A stretch of DNA of 64,000 nucleotides from Schmidtea polychroa. Its lineage: Eukaryota. The stretch is from NCBI GenBank assembly GCA_044892525.1, contig CM097887.1, positions 42,966,001 to 43,030,000 of the forward strand, written 5' to 3'. The translations under genes were made by a program, and so were the position numbers. Each line of letters opens with the position of its first letter. Within the stretch, counting starts at the first letter, position 1. Positions 26,977 to 39,747 of this stretch are shown here, one piece after another. Below the pieces are notes generated by a model. That model saw only the letters and a program-made list of their open reading frames with translations. It searched no databases and was not told where the DNA came from.

Positions 26977-28551
26977 TTCTAAAATGTAAAATAAATTTTT
27001 AAAACTAAACTTACGTGTATATTCAATTTTGATTGGTTGTTTCGTGTTTCCATTGACAATAATTCAATAAGATCTGCAAATGTAATAATTTTTACTGAGA
27101 TCCAAAACACTTACAGAATAACAAGAACAAATCGATTACATTTCGTTACTACATCGCTGATTTCCTAATGTAAATTATAGCCTGCCATAATTTTAAAAAG
27201 AAACTACTCCAAATATTCAGAAATTTCCGTAAGTTTTCAAATATTTTCGTGTAAATTTCAGAAATACTTCAATAATTATCAAGACCTTGATAAAATTAAC
27301 AGTCTTCACAAATATTTTTCAATATTTAAGTTAAAAATGTTTTATTAAAAAGTAAGAACTTATTAAATACTCATTGAAGAAGGAAATATTCATAGGAGAA
27401 AAGATGTATTAAGAAAGATCAATTTATCAATGAAAATTTTTAAAACTATTACTAACACCATAGTTATACTCATAGTTAAACTCATAATATTCAACCCAAA
27501 ACACAACTTTAATTTATGAACGAATGATCAATAAATTTCAACTAAAAATTTATTCTAGAAATACTATAAAATCGCTAAAGAAAAGAATCAATAAAAATCA
27601 TTATTAAATATTAAAATTAATAAATTTACCTTACAAATCCTTAATTTACTTATATCAACCAATAATAATTCAATTAAAATTTATCATTAACTTTTTCATT
27701 AAAATCATTGAATTTATTTTAAATTAATTTTATTCAATTAATTTTTACTGACATACTTTAAATCACCATCTCAACTGATACCTTAAAATGTATTTTAAAT
27801 TTATGAAGTCATTTACTTAATATTTTACAATAAATGTTTAAATAGAATTAAAATATTAGAAAACTTTATTCAGTGAAGAAAGTTCTCAGATAAAATTGAA
27901 AAATTCTTATTGAAGTAAATAATGAAATACATGAATTTTCAATGTAAAGCTCATTAAAGATAGAAAAAACTTATTGAAGAGGGAATTATTTATTGAAAAA
28001 TGGATTAAGATAAAAAATCTAGTGAATAGGAAAATATCTACTAAAAAATTCGAATATCCATTGAACAAGTGACTATCCACTGCAAGTGGGAATATCTATT
28101 GAAAAGGGAAAGTGTTCCCTTTAAAAGGAAATACTCAATAAAGATGAATAATATTCTTGTTACAGTGAGGTTGTCATTAAAATAGATATAAAAACAGCTT
28201 ATAAAAAAGTTTAATGGGATTTTGGAATATTTATAAATTTTATGACTTTTCATGATTTTCTTGTTAATTTTGATTTTTCGATATATATTTCATAGATACA
28301 TAATTATATATTATTCTAAATCTTACTAACATAAAATAAAAATTATCTTTCATAAAATTCTTAGATTATTATTTAGAATACTTTTAAAGAAACTTAAAAA
28401 TAAATGATAAGACATACACACAATCTCTAAGATACCTTAATGTAATAATAATTGATAACAAACACACAAAATTAACTTTCTCATCAGAATTGTTATATTT
28501 AAAATAATAAAATAAACAGTATAAGCTTTGTGATACCCAGTGCAAACCCCA

Positions 28552-28593
28552 ATAGTAGACTTTTTTCAAGCTTTTGGCTCTCATCAGTACTAT
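28552..28593 (-). ncRNA. Degenerate minimal type I hammerhead ribozyme (Penelope-like/retrozyme type)
   Basis: Minus strand ATAGTA-CTGATGA-GAGC caaaa GCTT-GAAA-aaa-GTC-TACTAT: stem I 6 bp, stem II 4 bp and intact core, but stem III lacks the C pairing to G16.2. Confidence 0.6.
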
Positions 28594-28920
28594 GCAGGAG
28601 ACGCGAAGGTTTCTCTTCGCGCCAAGTAAGTATACAATATTGCTGATTCAACTCTATTGCATACTTTCCCTGGAACACTGGAAATCACATCACTAGCAAA
28701 TTAGCTTAGTCAGAGAAAAAATCTGTAAACTTGTAAACATGGCGTATGAAAAATCATAATCACCTCTGTGGACTAAAAAATTAGTCGATACACAGAAACG
28801 GTTTAGAAGTGCATCCAGTTACCTTTAGCATTTTAACTTATAAAGTAATGGTGTAAAATTTTTTTGTCCGATGTCTTACTTGAATAAAATAAACAGTACA
28901 AGCTTTGTGATACCCAGTGA

Positions 28921-28985
28921 AAATAATAATGAAAATAATAATAATAATAACAATAATAATAATAATTATAATAATAATATTACTA
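28921..28985. repeat. Imperfect (AAT)n microsatellite
   Basis: aataataatgaaaataataataataataacaataataataataattataataataat. Confidence 0.85.
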
Positions 28986-30609
28986 AATGTATTGACTGTT
29001 TATTACGAGTATGTGTGTCTGTGATCTACCTATTTCATATATTGTTCTAGCGGGGACTATGTTTTAATGATGATTTGACCGACCTATAATTTGAGTAATT
29101 TTGACGTGAAAAACAAAAATCGTATGAAAAACAAAAATAACAAAAACCAAGGGGTCTGTGCCAGCGGATACTTATATAATTGTTTATCAGGAATTTTCTC
29201 AAATAGAAAATTTTAAGTGGGTCAAAACCTCAGAGAAGAGTGTTTGTTGGTTAAAGGGGGCATGAATAATAATTGAAGCGATGCTTCTCTCTCCTCGTCG
29301 AAAATTGATTGCCGGCCCCGTCTTAACTCTCCAACTTAGCTATAAAACTGTTTAATGGTATCTTTAATCTCAGTACTTTTCAGCACAAGGAATTCGCTGA
29401 AACTTCGATATTCTATGCTTGACGACAAAATTGCTTTGGTCTTTTACCTAAGAAACATCACAAACACGGCGATGGTAGATATGTAGCCACTAAGGCCACC
29501 GCTATGTATAATTACCATAGAATTCATTCTATTTAACGCACCACGTATATTATTATAAAAGAAATTCACTTACCAAATAATTTAATATGAAAAAGGGCAC
29601 AAATTAGACCAAAGAGTAAAAAAGCCCACAAGTATGACCTCTCGTATCCAACGTTTTCTCTAATTTTTAAAATTGGTGTGTGTGCTAACTGCAATGTGGG
29701 CAAGTATATTAAATTAATAAAAAATTGGGCAAAATTTAATTTACTGTAGATTACTTACTTATTTATTATTTTTCTATCATATCGTGGTGTTATCTGTTAG
29801 TTAATTTTAAATTTCACATCCACATTTATTGAATTCAAAAAAGTGAACATTGACATTTAATTTCAATATTGCTAATTGAGACATACTAAAACAAATAACC
29901 CAGAATTTAGTGTGGAAATCTATACGAAATTTTCAACTGGGTGCGTTTACGCAATGAAAATGGTGACAAATAAAAAAAATTATTGTTTGCAATAATTTCT
30001 AGTGGGCGGATAGAAATGCTGAGTGGGCAAATGTCAATTTTTAACTGAGCTGCCGCCCGTTTGCCCAGCTTAGAGGGAACGTTGCTTGTATCCCACTCGA
30101 GCATGTACAAAATGGTCAGTCAGATGAGCTTATAGCTAAAGAAAATATATCGATTTGAATTTAAAATCAAGTCATTCAGCAATATAAACCTTTACTTGAG
30201 TAATAGGAGAGCGAAAGTATTGGTTTATAAGGGCTACGAATATATTCATAGAATGACTAGAATTGGAGTGAGATTTTCACTAGAGATGCAGGCAGTATAA
30301 AAATTGAGCTGTCATTCAAAAATGAGGACCAAAAATGGGGTAAATGTAAATGCAATTATCCATGGTTCATTTGAAAACTGGGTTGATTTTGATATGTATC
30401 GGCTGTTTACTTATAATATAAATGACAAATGTTAAATAATGCATGTAACCACTATCATACTTTACAACACAAATTCTTTAAAAACATAGGAAAACATTTT
30501 ACAAAATATTAAATGACATTTATTTCTTAACGTTGAAACGTTTCCATTAGGCGTCAAATAAGATGTGAATTCAAATAATCGCCAATCATTGTTCAATTAA
30601 AACAACAAT

Positions 30610-31011
30610 TTACAATACCATTGGCTTGCTATCATTTGTTTCTCTTATATAATCCGCGTCTGTCAGATTTCGACTCAAATCTCTTAAAACAGTTTCCGTG
30701 CTTTCATATTCATTGGAACTGAATAAAAATTGAAAACACATTTTCTCCAACTCGTTTCGTTGGAAATCTTTGTAAACTGATTTTGATTTGATTGTTTTCG
30801 TGACGCTTAGAATCAACTCTTCGGTGAGTTCTTTGTTGTAAAATTCTTTGCAAATGTCTATGTCATTTGTTAGGATCCATGAGATAACCATTCCCAGCTG
30901 AAATGCAATTCCATTAACTACGTTTTCACATTTCCTATAGGAATCTGAGCGTAGATTGTAATTCAAACTGTTACTCAATTCCGAGTGTGGAAATAGGTAA
31001 CAATTATACAA
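30610..31011 (-). CDS. Probable host exon, unknown helical protein
   Basis: 133 open codons with protein-like composition in very AT-rich DNA; possible GT donor near the 3' end. No motif recognised. Confidence 0.35.
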   Translation of the reverse strand: MYNCYLFPHSELSNSLNYNLRSDSYRKCENVVNGIAFQLGMVISWILTNDIDICKEFYNKELTEELILSVTKTIKSKSVYKDFQRNELEKMCFQFLFSSNEYESTETVLRDLSRNLTDADYIRETNDSKPMVL

Positions 31012-31322
31012 ATTGTCTTTGTCTTTTTCCAGCTATAATAAAAATAGTAAGTTACTAAAATATTCCAGAAAATAACATTAGGATATAGGGCTGAATCAAA
31101 GGGTTTGTCCTGTAATTGTTTAGTTCTCTCAGTGGAAATACAAATAGAATTTCTTTAGTCAGTAGTATTACGATCAGTACATGTCTACCAAATGTATATT
31201 TTATGAAAATAATTAAAAATTAATAAAAAATAGAAGTTTCTTTTGTAAAAAATATTTCGTCGTTTGTTCAGAATTTCAAAGACGTTTTGTCGTAATGATA
31301 TCTGCTAATAAATCTATTACTG

Positions 31323-31637
31323 TTGAAAGAGAGGATGTCGACCCCTGAAATGACTCCTGAGCTAAATGAAACTCTTTGCAACAGAAAAGTTACTCAAAGT
31401 ACATGCCAAAGGTGTAATTTGAATTTCAATAGCAACAAATTCACATTTGATGATTTAGAACGACCAAGACTCCGTTTACTTAATATTCATAAGGAAATAG
31501 TGCAGTATCTGGATGCAGATAAGCAAGTAACGTCAAAACGGATCACGATGAAAACCAGCCATTCGAAGACGACTGTGTGGAGACAGTTGATGAACATGGA
31601 GAAACGGAACCTAACTAATTGCTTGGTTCCACATTAG
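31323..31637 (+). pseudogene. mariner-type transposase remnant (N-terminal HTH region)
   Basis: FTFDDLERPR (cf. D..RSGRP), ITMKTSHSKTTVWRQL, LVPH (cf. WVPHEL). Confidence 0.55.
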
Positions 31638-33249
31638 CTTAGAACCATGGGTAGTAGAAATGTCTTTTTAGTTCACTCAATCTTGTTATTCAATTCAGAA
31701 AAACTTTAATATGGACATGATTACCATCTTATCATAATGAAGTATGTATGGAGAGTGATAAATGTTATTTTCATTTAACTATTTCCCTTTTTAAAGAAAA
31801 GACTTACTTATCCATGAAATTTTAATACTTAAATTGACAGAGTCATCAGATTAAATGTTTAAACACGTAAACAGCAACCATCGAACTTAGCGTCTAAACA
31901 TTTAGACGCTGTTTTGCAAAATATTTTGAATAAATAAAATAATTACTGAAATATGTAAATCAATTGGGGAAACGGATATAAGTAAATGAACCTTGTTCCA
32001 GACTTCTCAGATCTAGCAGTAAAAGAAAAAGAATAAAAGAAGAGAACACAATAGCAAAAATCAAGAAAGTTAAACAATAAAACAAGACAAGGTCATTTTT
32101 ATTTAGTAACTAAAAATTTAAAAGGAAAAGCAAAAACAAAAAACGAATTGGGAAATGAAATTATCTTATCTTGACAGCCTGTTCGAGATAACACATGGAT
32201 GATCAGAAAAATCAGAGGTTTGTGATGAAGCAATAGTAAATTGTATGTAAATGCCATTAAATGACAGAGTATAAAAGTGAAATACAAATTGATAAGGTGA
32301 CACGAGACGAGAGTAGTATTAAAGAAAACGAAACGAAAAGGCAAAGACAAAAAAAAATATTTATTGAGGAGTATGAATAAGTCGGAGAAACCATTTCGAA
32401 TCAATTTATAGTTGAAGTTGTTCATCATAATTTTTGAGTATTTTTAACTGAAGCAAGTAAAACAACTAGGTCGATATTACCAATTATTGTAATCAAAAAC
32501 AGTGGTTAAATGGTCATGAATTCCAAGTTTTTTTGAAGACGTGTTATTCTTTCCGAAGGGTTGTAATAAACACTCAATAGCCAATATTACAAAATTGTAT
32601 CATTCTTTGTCGTAATCTGTAATCAATTGTGCTGATCAATTTGTTATTGCTGCCAACTAAAACACGCTTTAAAGTCAGATCAATAATTGTAAATTTTGAA
32701 TTTCACTGACAACTCCAACAATATGAAATATTAGTCCAAATAAACAAAGACAATTATAAATTACAATAATATCCTTTTATATAAAAAACTAGAGTGTAAA
32801 TATAAAAAAAAATTTTTAAATTTAAAATAAGTCGGTAAAGTAAAAATTCAAAAATGTTACATTTTATAATTAATTTTCCAATTTCATTCGTTTGGAAGAC
32901 CTTTAAGATTGGAGGACTCTAGACATGCATCAAGTGCGCCTATGCGTAAATTTGCTGCTGACATTAAGATTAATGAATTAGTTGAAAAATAAAACAGTTA
33001 AAAATGCTTTTAAGGATTTTGTAATATCATCAGTGTATTTATTTCAAAATTTCCTTACTGATAGATAACATTTATTGAAACTTTGTAACTTTCAACTTAA
33101 TATACAAAATTTCAATTCACAATCGGGAAATCTCCAACGAAGGTGCAATGAATATGCGATATTGAGTGTTGGATAGCAGTGCTTCCTAATGTGGTGGTTC
33201 ACGTACGGCTCCGGTTCGCACCGTGGGTCAAGAAACCGGGTAAAAAACA

Positions 33250-33596
33250 ACCCCTTAGTCACAGAAATACGCATCTCGTAAGAAAAACTTATATAAATGT
33301 CATAAATTTTAACAATTTCTTAAAAGATATAAATCCGACAATGGATTATGTTACAAATTGACATTTTAGAAATAAATTCTTACCAATATATTTTCTGGTA
33401 AAAAATCTATTTGGATGTAATTGGTGTAAGGCAAAAGACATTTCACAGCTCCCATTAAATGATGCATCATTTTACGTATTTGATTTAGTGACCAGCTTGT
33501 TTTATTTTTTATTGCTGTATAAAGATCACAATCCATCTTGGAATACGAAACAAGGCAGAACCCATTTTGCAGAAGTTGCGTTGATTTATAACCCAA
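33250..33596 (-). pseudogene. Protein-kinase-like exon remnants (subdomains V-VII)
   Basis: KMDCDLYTAIK...QIDFLPENIL, then a GTAAGA donor, then AYFCD*G at the DFG/DLG position (stop at 33255-33257). Confidence 0.55.
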
Positions 33597-33938
33597 AATA
33601 TGTTGACTAGATCGAAGGATTCTTTTAAAACACAGACTGCTGACTATATTGAAGAGTACTGAAAGGATATATAGCTAAAATAATTAATTGAAGGAAATTA
33701 TTTTTTATGTTTCGACAACTCATTTTATGTAAAAACAAATATTTTATGGAATTCTTCATCAATTATTATGACCTTGAAGTTTTATAGTGTAAATTTCTAA
33801 TTTAATAGTGTTTAATTTTATCTTTTAATTATTAATAATTTGGTTCGGAAAAAAGTGATAAACAATTAATTGACATGCAATTAATCTGTGATCAAAATAT
33901 ATATTATATATTTAATATTAATGAATTATTAATATTAA

Positions 33939-34174
33939 CCCTTTCCTGGCTAATGATGCCATATGGAATCATGATATATTTCATACAGGTATAGACATCT
34001 ATGGACTGGTAGGTATAATATTTTTATTTATGATCGATAAGGAAGATCTATACTTTTAATGTAAAATCATTTAATCCCGCCTTTTACCAAATATTTTACT
34101 GTTTTTGTCATTTGAAAGAAGCAACAAGTGATTTTGGGACGCCATTTTCAACTCTTAATTCAGCCAGGAAAGGT
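33939..34174. mobile_element. piggyBac-type MITE (236 bp)
   Basis: TTAA on both sides; TIRs ccctttcctggct / agccaggaaaggt. Confidence 0.85.
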
Positions 34175-36072
34175 TTAATTACATTTAATATAAAATTAAC
34201 ATTAATAAATTAAATTAATAAAATAAATTAAATATTCGAGTGCACAATATTAAAATTCAAAATTAATCGAAAAATCAATATTTCTTGAAGTAAATATATG
34301 ATCAATTGCCAAACAAATAATAAATGTAAATATAATAATCACATATTGATGAAAGGCCTAGGAAAAGTTATTCCAAAAATACAAATTAATTAACAAGTTA
34401 AAATCTTTATGACATTAATCATTTTAATTGCTAAAAAATAATTCCGGAGCTTGACGGGCATAAAATAACAGCTGTAAAATTATTTTATTTTATTTTAGAT
34501 TACATTTAGAAAAAGAACGATAGTGCCTGAAATCGGATTGATTAATCTCGATTTGGGTCAGTATAGTGAAGGCACAGTTTGCCTAGTTTCACAATCTTTG
34601 TCGAAGAGAGACAATGTTTAAATTTTTCAAAAGAGTTTACAACACTTTGTTTTGCAATTAGTGTTGATTAGATTCGTAAAGAATAAAAGCCAGTTTCTCT
34701 TAAGAACATATGTCCTTAGTTCAAGCTATATATATCCGATCTTGGGTACAATATTTTAACATTAAGCAATTTAAATGCATTAGATCGAGAAAAAATGTCC
34801 GAAGTTTCACGTATTAGTATCGGTTTAAAGCTTCAAATTCTAGTAAAAAGACACAGATGCCTCATTAATTATCAAATGATACACCATCGTATCGATAAAA
34901 TGTGACTAAATTTTGGCACATCAGTTTCGATTGTTTCGATTTTCTTACAATTCTTATGTTTTCCTTTGAGCATTAAACAACAGCAAGGACAGTGAAGTAA
35001 ATCGGACACATATCTTCTACCAATAGTCCGTGCACCCAAAAGAACATTAGCTAATTATACATCGACAGGATGAACTCTCTTCTTACTAACATTCGCCAAA
35101 TTGACACATTGTCAACGTTGTTCATTCAATGGGTGTCAAGTGATAGGGAAGCATTTTATTCTGGGTTACGCTTTATTATTTATTTACTTTTACTCTTTTA
35201 TACAATAATTTTCATTTGCATGTCAATGTCGTGCAATCAAAATCCATAATTTATTTTATATAATAGTAATAGGACTGTAAAGTTAATATTAATATTTGGT
35301 AAAATAAAGCTTATGATCTAACCAGCCGTATTTCAAATTTCACTGATCCTAAGCGCAGATGAATCTAAAGTAAATTGCGTCGAGCAGAACAAATCTGATT
35401 TAGTTTATAATGGAAAAATCTTTCTAAAAACATTTTCTTCTAATATTCGTATTATTTTAATCGCAAGGCTTTTTTCTCTCTTCAATCGTTATCGAAACTC
35501 AACAATGCTTCCGCTTCTTTTATAAGGCTTTCTCCTCGGTAATCGTTCACTATTTAAATTACCTTTTCATGTGGAGTCCAAAATATCTTATAAAATGAAA
35601 TTAGATTTCTTATGCTTGTCAAAACTTTGGTACTTTCTTTATTATTTAAATTCATTTGTTTTTCTCAATTAATTAATTAGTTTGTATTTTTTAAATATTA
35701 TTGCCCAGGGACCATTGATCGATTTAAATTTATTATATTCATATTTGTTTTTCATTTGCTCTCTGCCTCTACTTTTTCTTCAGAAAATATCAATTTTTAA
35801 ATAATCTTTAATTAACTTTGTACTTTAATTTTTTTCGTGATTTTGTGTTAAATTTTTATTTTAATTGCTTGCACACAATGCTGTGTCTCTAATTTACATA
35901 AACCCAACATGGTTATGACAATTTAGATAGAATGATTCAATAAAAATGTTATTGAAAAGGGTTGATTAATGCTTCATGATCTGATCAACGTCAAAATTAT
36001 TAATTTTTTCAATTCAATAAAAATTGACAATAATTCATAATCAATAAAAAAAATTTAAATTATTCATTTTTA

Positions 36073-38064
36073 ATGGAAACTCACAAGATTCAATATGGTA
36101 AACCGAAGTCAGATCTCAATATTGCATGGAGAGGAGTTTATTTTGCTCCAGGTGTCGAAGCCATAAAAAGTCAACTTAAGATTAATGCCAAATCAGAGTT
36201 AACAAGGAAGCTTCAACAGGAAAACACCTCGAAAATGTATGAAATCTTTGGTTCTGGAAAAGTTAAAGAAGGTCAGCCAAAGTCTAAAGGACAATTAAAA
36301 ATACCTACACTTGTGTCTGATAGGGATTCAGAAGATTTAGACGCATTAGTTGATAAGCCAATCATAAATAAAAACATTTTAAAAAAATCAGAATCTGCGA
36401 AAACCGAAGTTCTGTTAAAGAAGAAAATGTCCACCGCAAGCATTAATCAAAGTGTTGATATAAGACTTCGTTCTGTAAAACAATCAACAGCAGTCAATGA
36501 TTTAAACATAATATTTCAACAAAACCGCCCAGTTCATTATTTCGGAATCAGAAAGCCTAAGGTTTTTGAAACAACGGATGAGAAGGAGAGTAAAGACCAT
36601 CAAAAACAGTCTGGTCAGGGTGACTTAGTGATACATTTAATGAATAAGCAGAAAATCGAATCAGAAACGAAAGAACTTTCAAGGCGTGGGTCTTCAATGT
36701 TTCAAAGACTTTCAATGCAATTAACGACAATGGCTGTTGATGAATTACGTGATAGATTGGTGAGCATCAATAAATCCAAAATGGGTTCAGTGAAACATTG
36801 TGCTTCAGTCCATGAAGATGTGCTGGAGATTTTGAATAAATTGGCAAAAGAGTCGGTCATTGACAAGTATCATTTGTTAAGTTTAGCTGGATATAATGCG
36901 ACAAAAATCCCTGATGTTGATGACAAAATGGAAAGATCAAGAATCATGGAGCTGTTTGTATTGAAATATTATAGAATGAATCACCCTCTACGAATAGAAA
37001 ATCCGGTGATTGTCCCTGAAACCGAAATTGAGAAAAATATCATGAAGCATTGCGTATTAAACACTAAAATAATAAATAAATTAATGAATAAAAAGAATTT
37101 TTATCCATACAGATTACAATTAAAAATGACAGAGATTGATGCTAGTCTAAGTGTGACTCAGGAAGATACTGCTTCTAAGGCAATAGATCAACCAATGCCC
37201 AAGATTCTATCCAAAAAAGGCAGATCCGCTTCCAAGCAGCTTTTAAAAACTCATGATATTCTTAGTGAAGTTTGTGGAGACATCAAAGAATTTAACGGCT
37301 TCTATCAGCCATTGATTGAGTATTGTATAAAGAACGTAAAGGATTTCAAAGATTTAGAAAAGGAAACTAATGCAGAAAAGATAAAGAAATACATTCAAAG
37401 TTTAGGATATACTTTGACTATTCATCGTAATCATCCTGGAAGTACAGCTAGGACTTTGACTCAACAGTTTATCAAAGCTGGAGAAGTTAATACTATCATA
37501 TTGAATGAGCTCATAAATAATGCAGATGGGTGGTTAGATCAAATTCTCAAATCTTTTCTTAGTAAATTTCCATCCATTAGACTGGAAGCTTTTGTGACTG
37601 TAGCAGTTTTATTTTCCAAGCCTCTCTATGTAAAGGCCATTCAATCTCACTTGTTTAGTGATATTATATATGATGTTCTTGCAACTATTTTGCGTTGTTT
37701 TGATTTAAAAAGTGAAGATTATGAAATGCACTATTCGTTGATTGGGGTTATCTTTCACAATGCACCCTGCCAAGAGTTGATTGACTGCTTAATTGAGAGA
37801 GCTCCTTACTCATACCATGTGGAAATTGTTTCGAAATGGCCACGTTTCCTTTATTTTGCTATGAAATACTGGGAGTCTACGAATTTCAATACAAGTAGTA
37901 TTCATTTTAAGCGAATGATAGAAACATTAGAAAGTCACTATTTGCGTGAAACTTTGTCGAGAAAATATTTAAAACAGGCCGTATTATGCATATGTGCCAG
38001 ATTTAATGTACCCTCAATCATGTTTACCTCGTGGCCAAAGCAAACCACTATTTATCCCGAGTAA
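36073..38064 (+). CDS. Single-exon 663-aa hypothetical protein
   Basis: Long intact ORF with ATG in AT-rich flanks; basic low-complexity N-half and helical C-half. No family recognised. Confidence 0.8.
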   Translation: METHKIQYGKPKSDLNIAWRGVYFAPGVEAIKSQLKINAKSELTRKLQQENTSKMYEIFGSGKVKEGQPKSKGQLKIPTLVSDRDSEDLDALVDKPIINKNILKKSESAKTEVLLKKKMSTASINQSVDIRLRSVKQSTAVNDLNIIFQQNRPVHYFGIRKPKVFETTDEKESKDHQKQSGQGDLVIHLMNKQKIESETKELSRRGSSMFQRLSMQLTTMAVDELRDRLVSINKSKMGSVKHCASVHEDVLEILNKLAKESVIDKYHLLSLAGYNATKIPDVDDKMERSRIMELFVLKYYRMNHPLRIENPVIVPETEIEKNIMKHCVLNTKIINKLMNKKNFYPYRLQLKMTEIDASLSVTQEDTASKAIDQPMPKILSKKGRSASKQLLKTHDILSEVCGDIKEFNGFYQPLIEYCIKNVKDFKDLEKETNAEKIKKYIQSLGYTLTIHRNHPGSTARTLTQQFIKAGEVNTIILNELINNADGWLDQILKSFLSKFPSIRLEAFVTVAVLFSKPLYVKAIQSHLFSDIIYDVLATILRCFDLKSEDYEMHYSLIGVIFHNAPCQELIDCLIERAPYSYHVEIVSKWPRFLYFAMKYWESTNFNTSSIHFKRMIETLESHYLRETLSRKYLKQAVLCICARFNVPSIMFTSWPKQTTIYPE

Positions 38065-39244
38065 AAATTAAAGTGATCCTATATCTTGATTGTAATATTT
38101 GATAATTTTTCCATTATTTCTAATCAGATCATTAAATTTAATAAAATTCTCTTAAATAGTCATTTTATCGGAATTCTTCATTTTCTTCTGAAAACCATTC
38201 GTTGATATGCCGATGTAAATAATAATAATATTTAATTAATTATTAAGTAATTATTAATCGACTATTCACATTGAAAAATTTTAATTTTATTTTAACTCTT
38301 AATTTTAATCGACAACGTGACATTTTTATTTCAATTTTATCTTTCTACTTCTCAAATGAGGGTTTATTTTTCTAATTTTATTAAACATGTATTTTTGATA
38401 AATATCTCATTCTCACAAAATAATTTCCATTTTTACTGTCAGATACAAACCAAAAAATATCTCGAGATCCAGAAAATAGAGAACTAAAAATAATATAGTA
38501 AAATATCCATTAACTTAAATGGATAAAGTTTTGGAGCATGAAATTTTTCAAGAATATCCAAAATGGTGAAGAATTGAAGTTAAACCTATATAATGCGCCA
38601 ATATTCCTCACTATAACTGTATTATGAAAGTACTTATATTAGACATTTGATATATTACAATAATTGACCGTTACCATATTTTAGATTTAAAAATATATAT
38701 CACATTTTAAACTTAGGGTTGATTATTTGAGACAATTCGTTTTAAGCCAGTCAATTTAATCTTCAAAAAGTATTTTTGAAATTACTGGAAGGATGTTAAC
38801 TATTGTTGACGTTTAGGTTCATTTTCTAAATATTCTTGAAAAAACATCAAAATTTTACAATTTTACAACATAGAATCTCAGAAATAAATTTGAACCTGTG
38901 TTTAAAAGCATTTAGAACCCTAGGTCCTAAATATTTAGGCTTGCCAGAATTTTCAAAATTTAAACCGGGATAGTACAAAACATTTTTTTATATTTAATTT
39001 ATTAATTTATTATGCTTATAAAAAATAAACTAAATTTAATAGGAACATAAAAATTCAAATTCATTTCATTAACTTTATATAAAATTCATTTAAGCTAACA
39101 TCACATGGAATGACTAAAATAATAAATTAAGAGAATAGCGATTATTGAATACTAAGTGCTTATGTTGATATAAAAAATATAAAAAATGTAAAAAATATAC
39201 TTCGGTGTTTGTTTTTCCTTACTTTGTAAACGGATACTCTACAG

Positions 39245-39747
39245 CAGAGGTGTGCAGTCAAAAGTGGTCAATTATTTTTATAGGGCCAGAAAAAATTTTT
39301 TAAAAAAAAACCCCGCTCAAATAAAAAAACCCAATTTCTTTTCAGCGGAATTTTTCTTAGGGTTTACCTTTTAATCTAAAAAAACAGGACACTATACGCT
39401 TAATTACTGCAGCTAGTTAGCATAGTGTACAATAATATCCGCTTTAAACTATTTAAAAAAATGAACAGATTAATTATTTTATTCTTTCTGTGACTTTGAA
39501 CTCTCCACAAGAGAATTAATGTCCGGTGAAATCCCGGATATTGCTAATCGCAAGGAACTTTCAAGGAATTTTTTTAATAAAAACATGAAAATTTTATAGG
39601 AACAATTAAAAGAAGAAGAATCGCGGAGCCTTTTAGCTATCAAAGTATAAAACTCAATTTATTCGTATGTTTTTTGATTTCCACGGGCCAGAAAAATTCG
39701 CCTCACGGGCCACATTTGGCCCACGGGCCACCATTTGCACGCCCCTG
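39245..39747. mobile_element. Non-autonomous hAT element (Charlie-like MITE)
   Basis: TIRs cagaggtgtgca / tgcacgcccctg, subterminal gggcca repeats, tctacag on both flanks. Confidence 0.75.
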
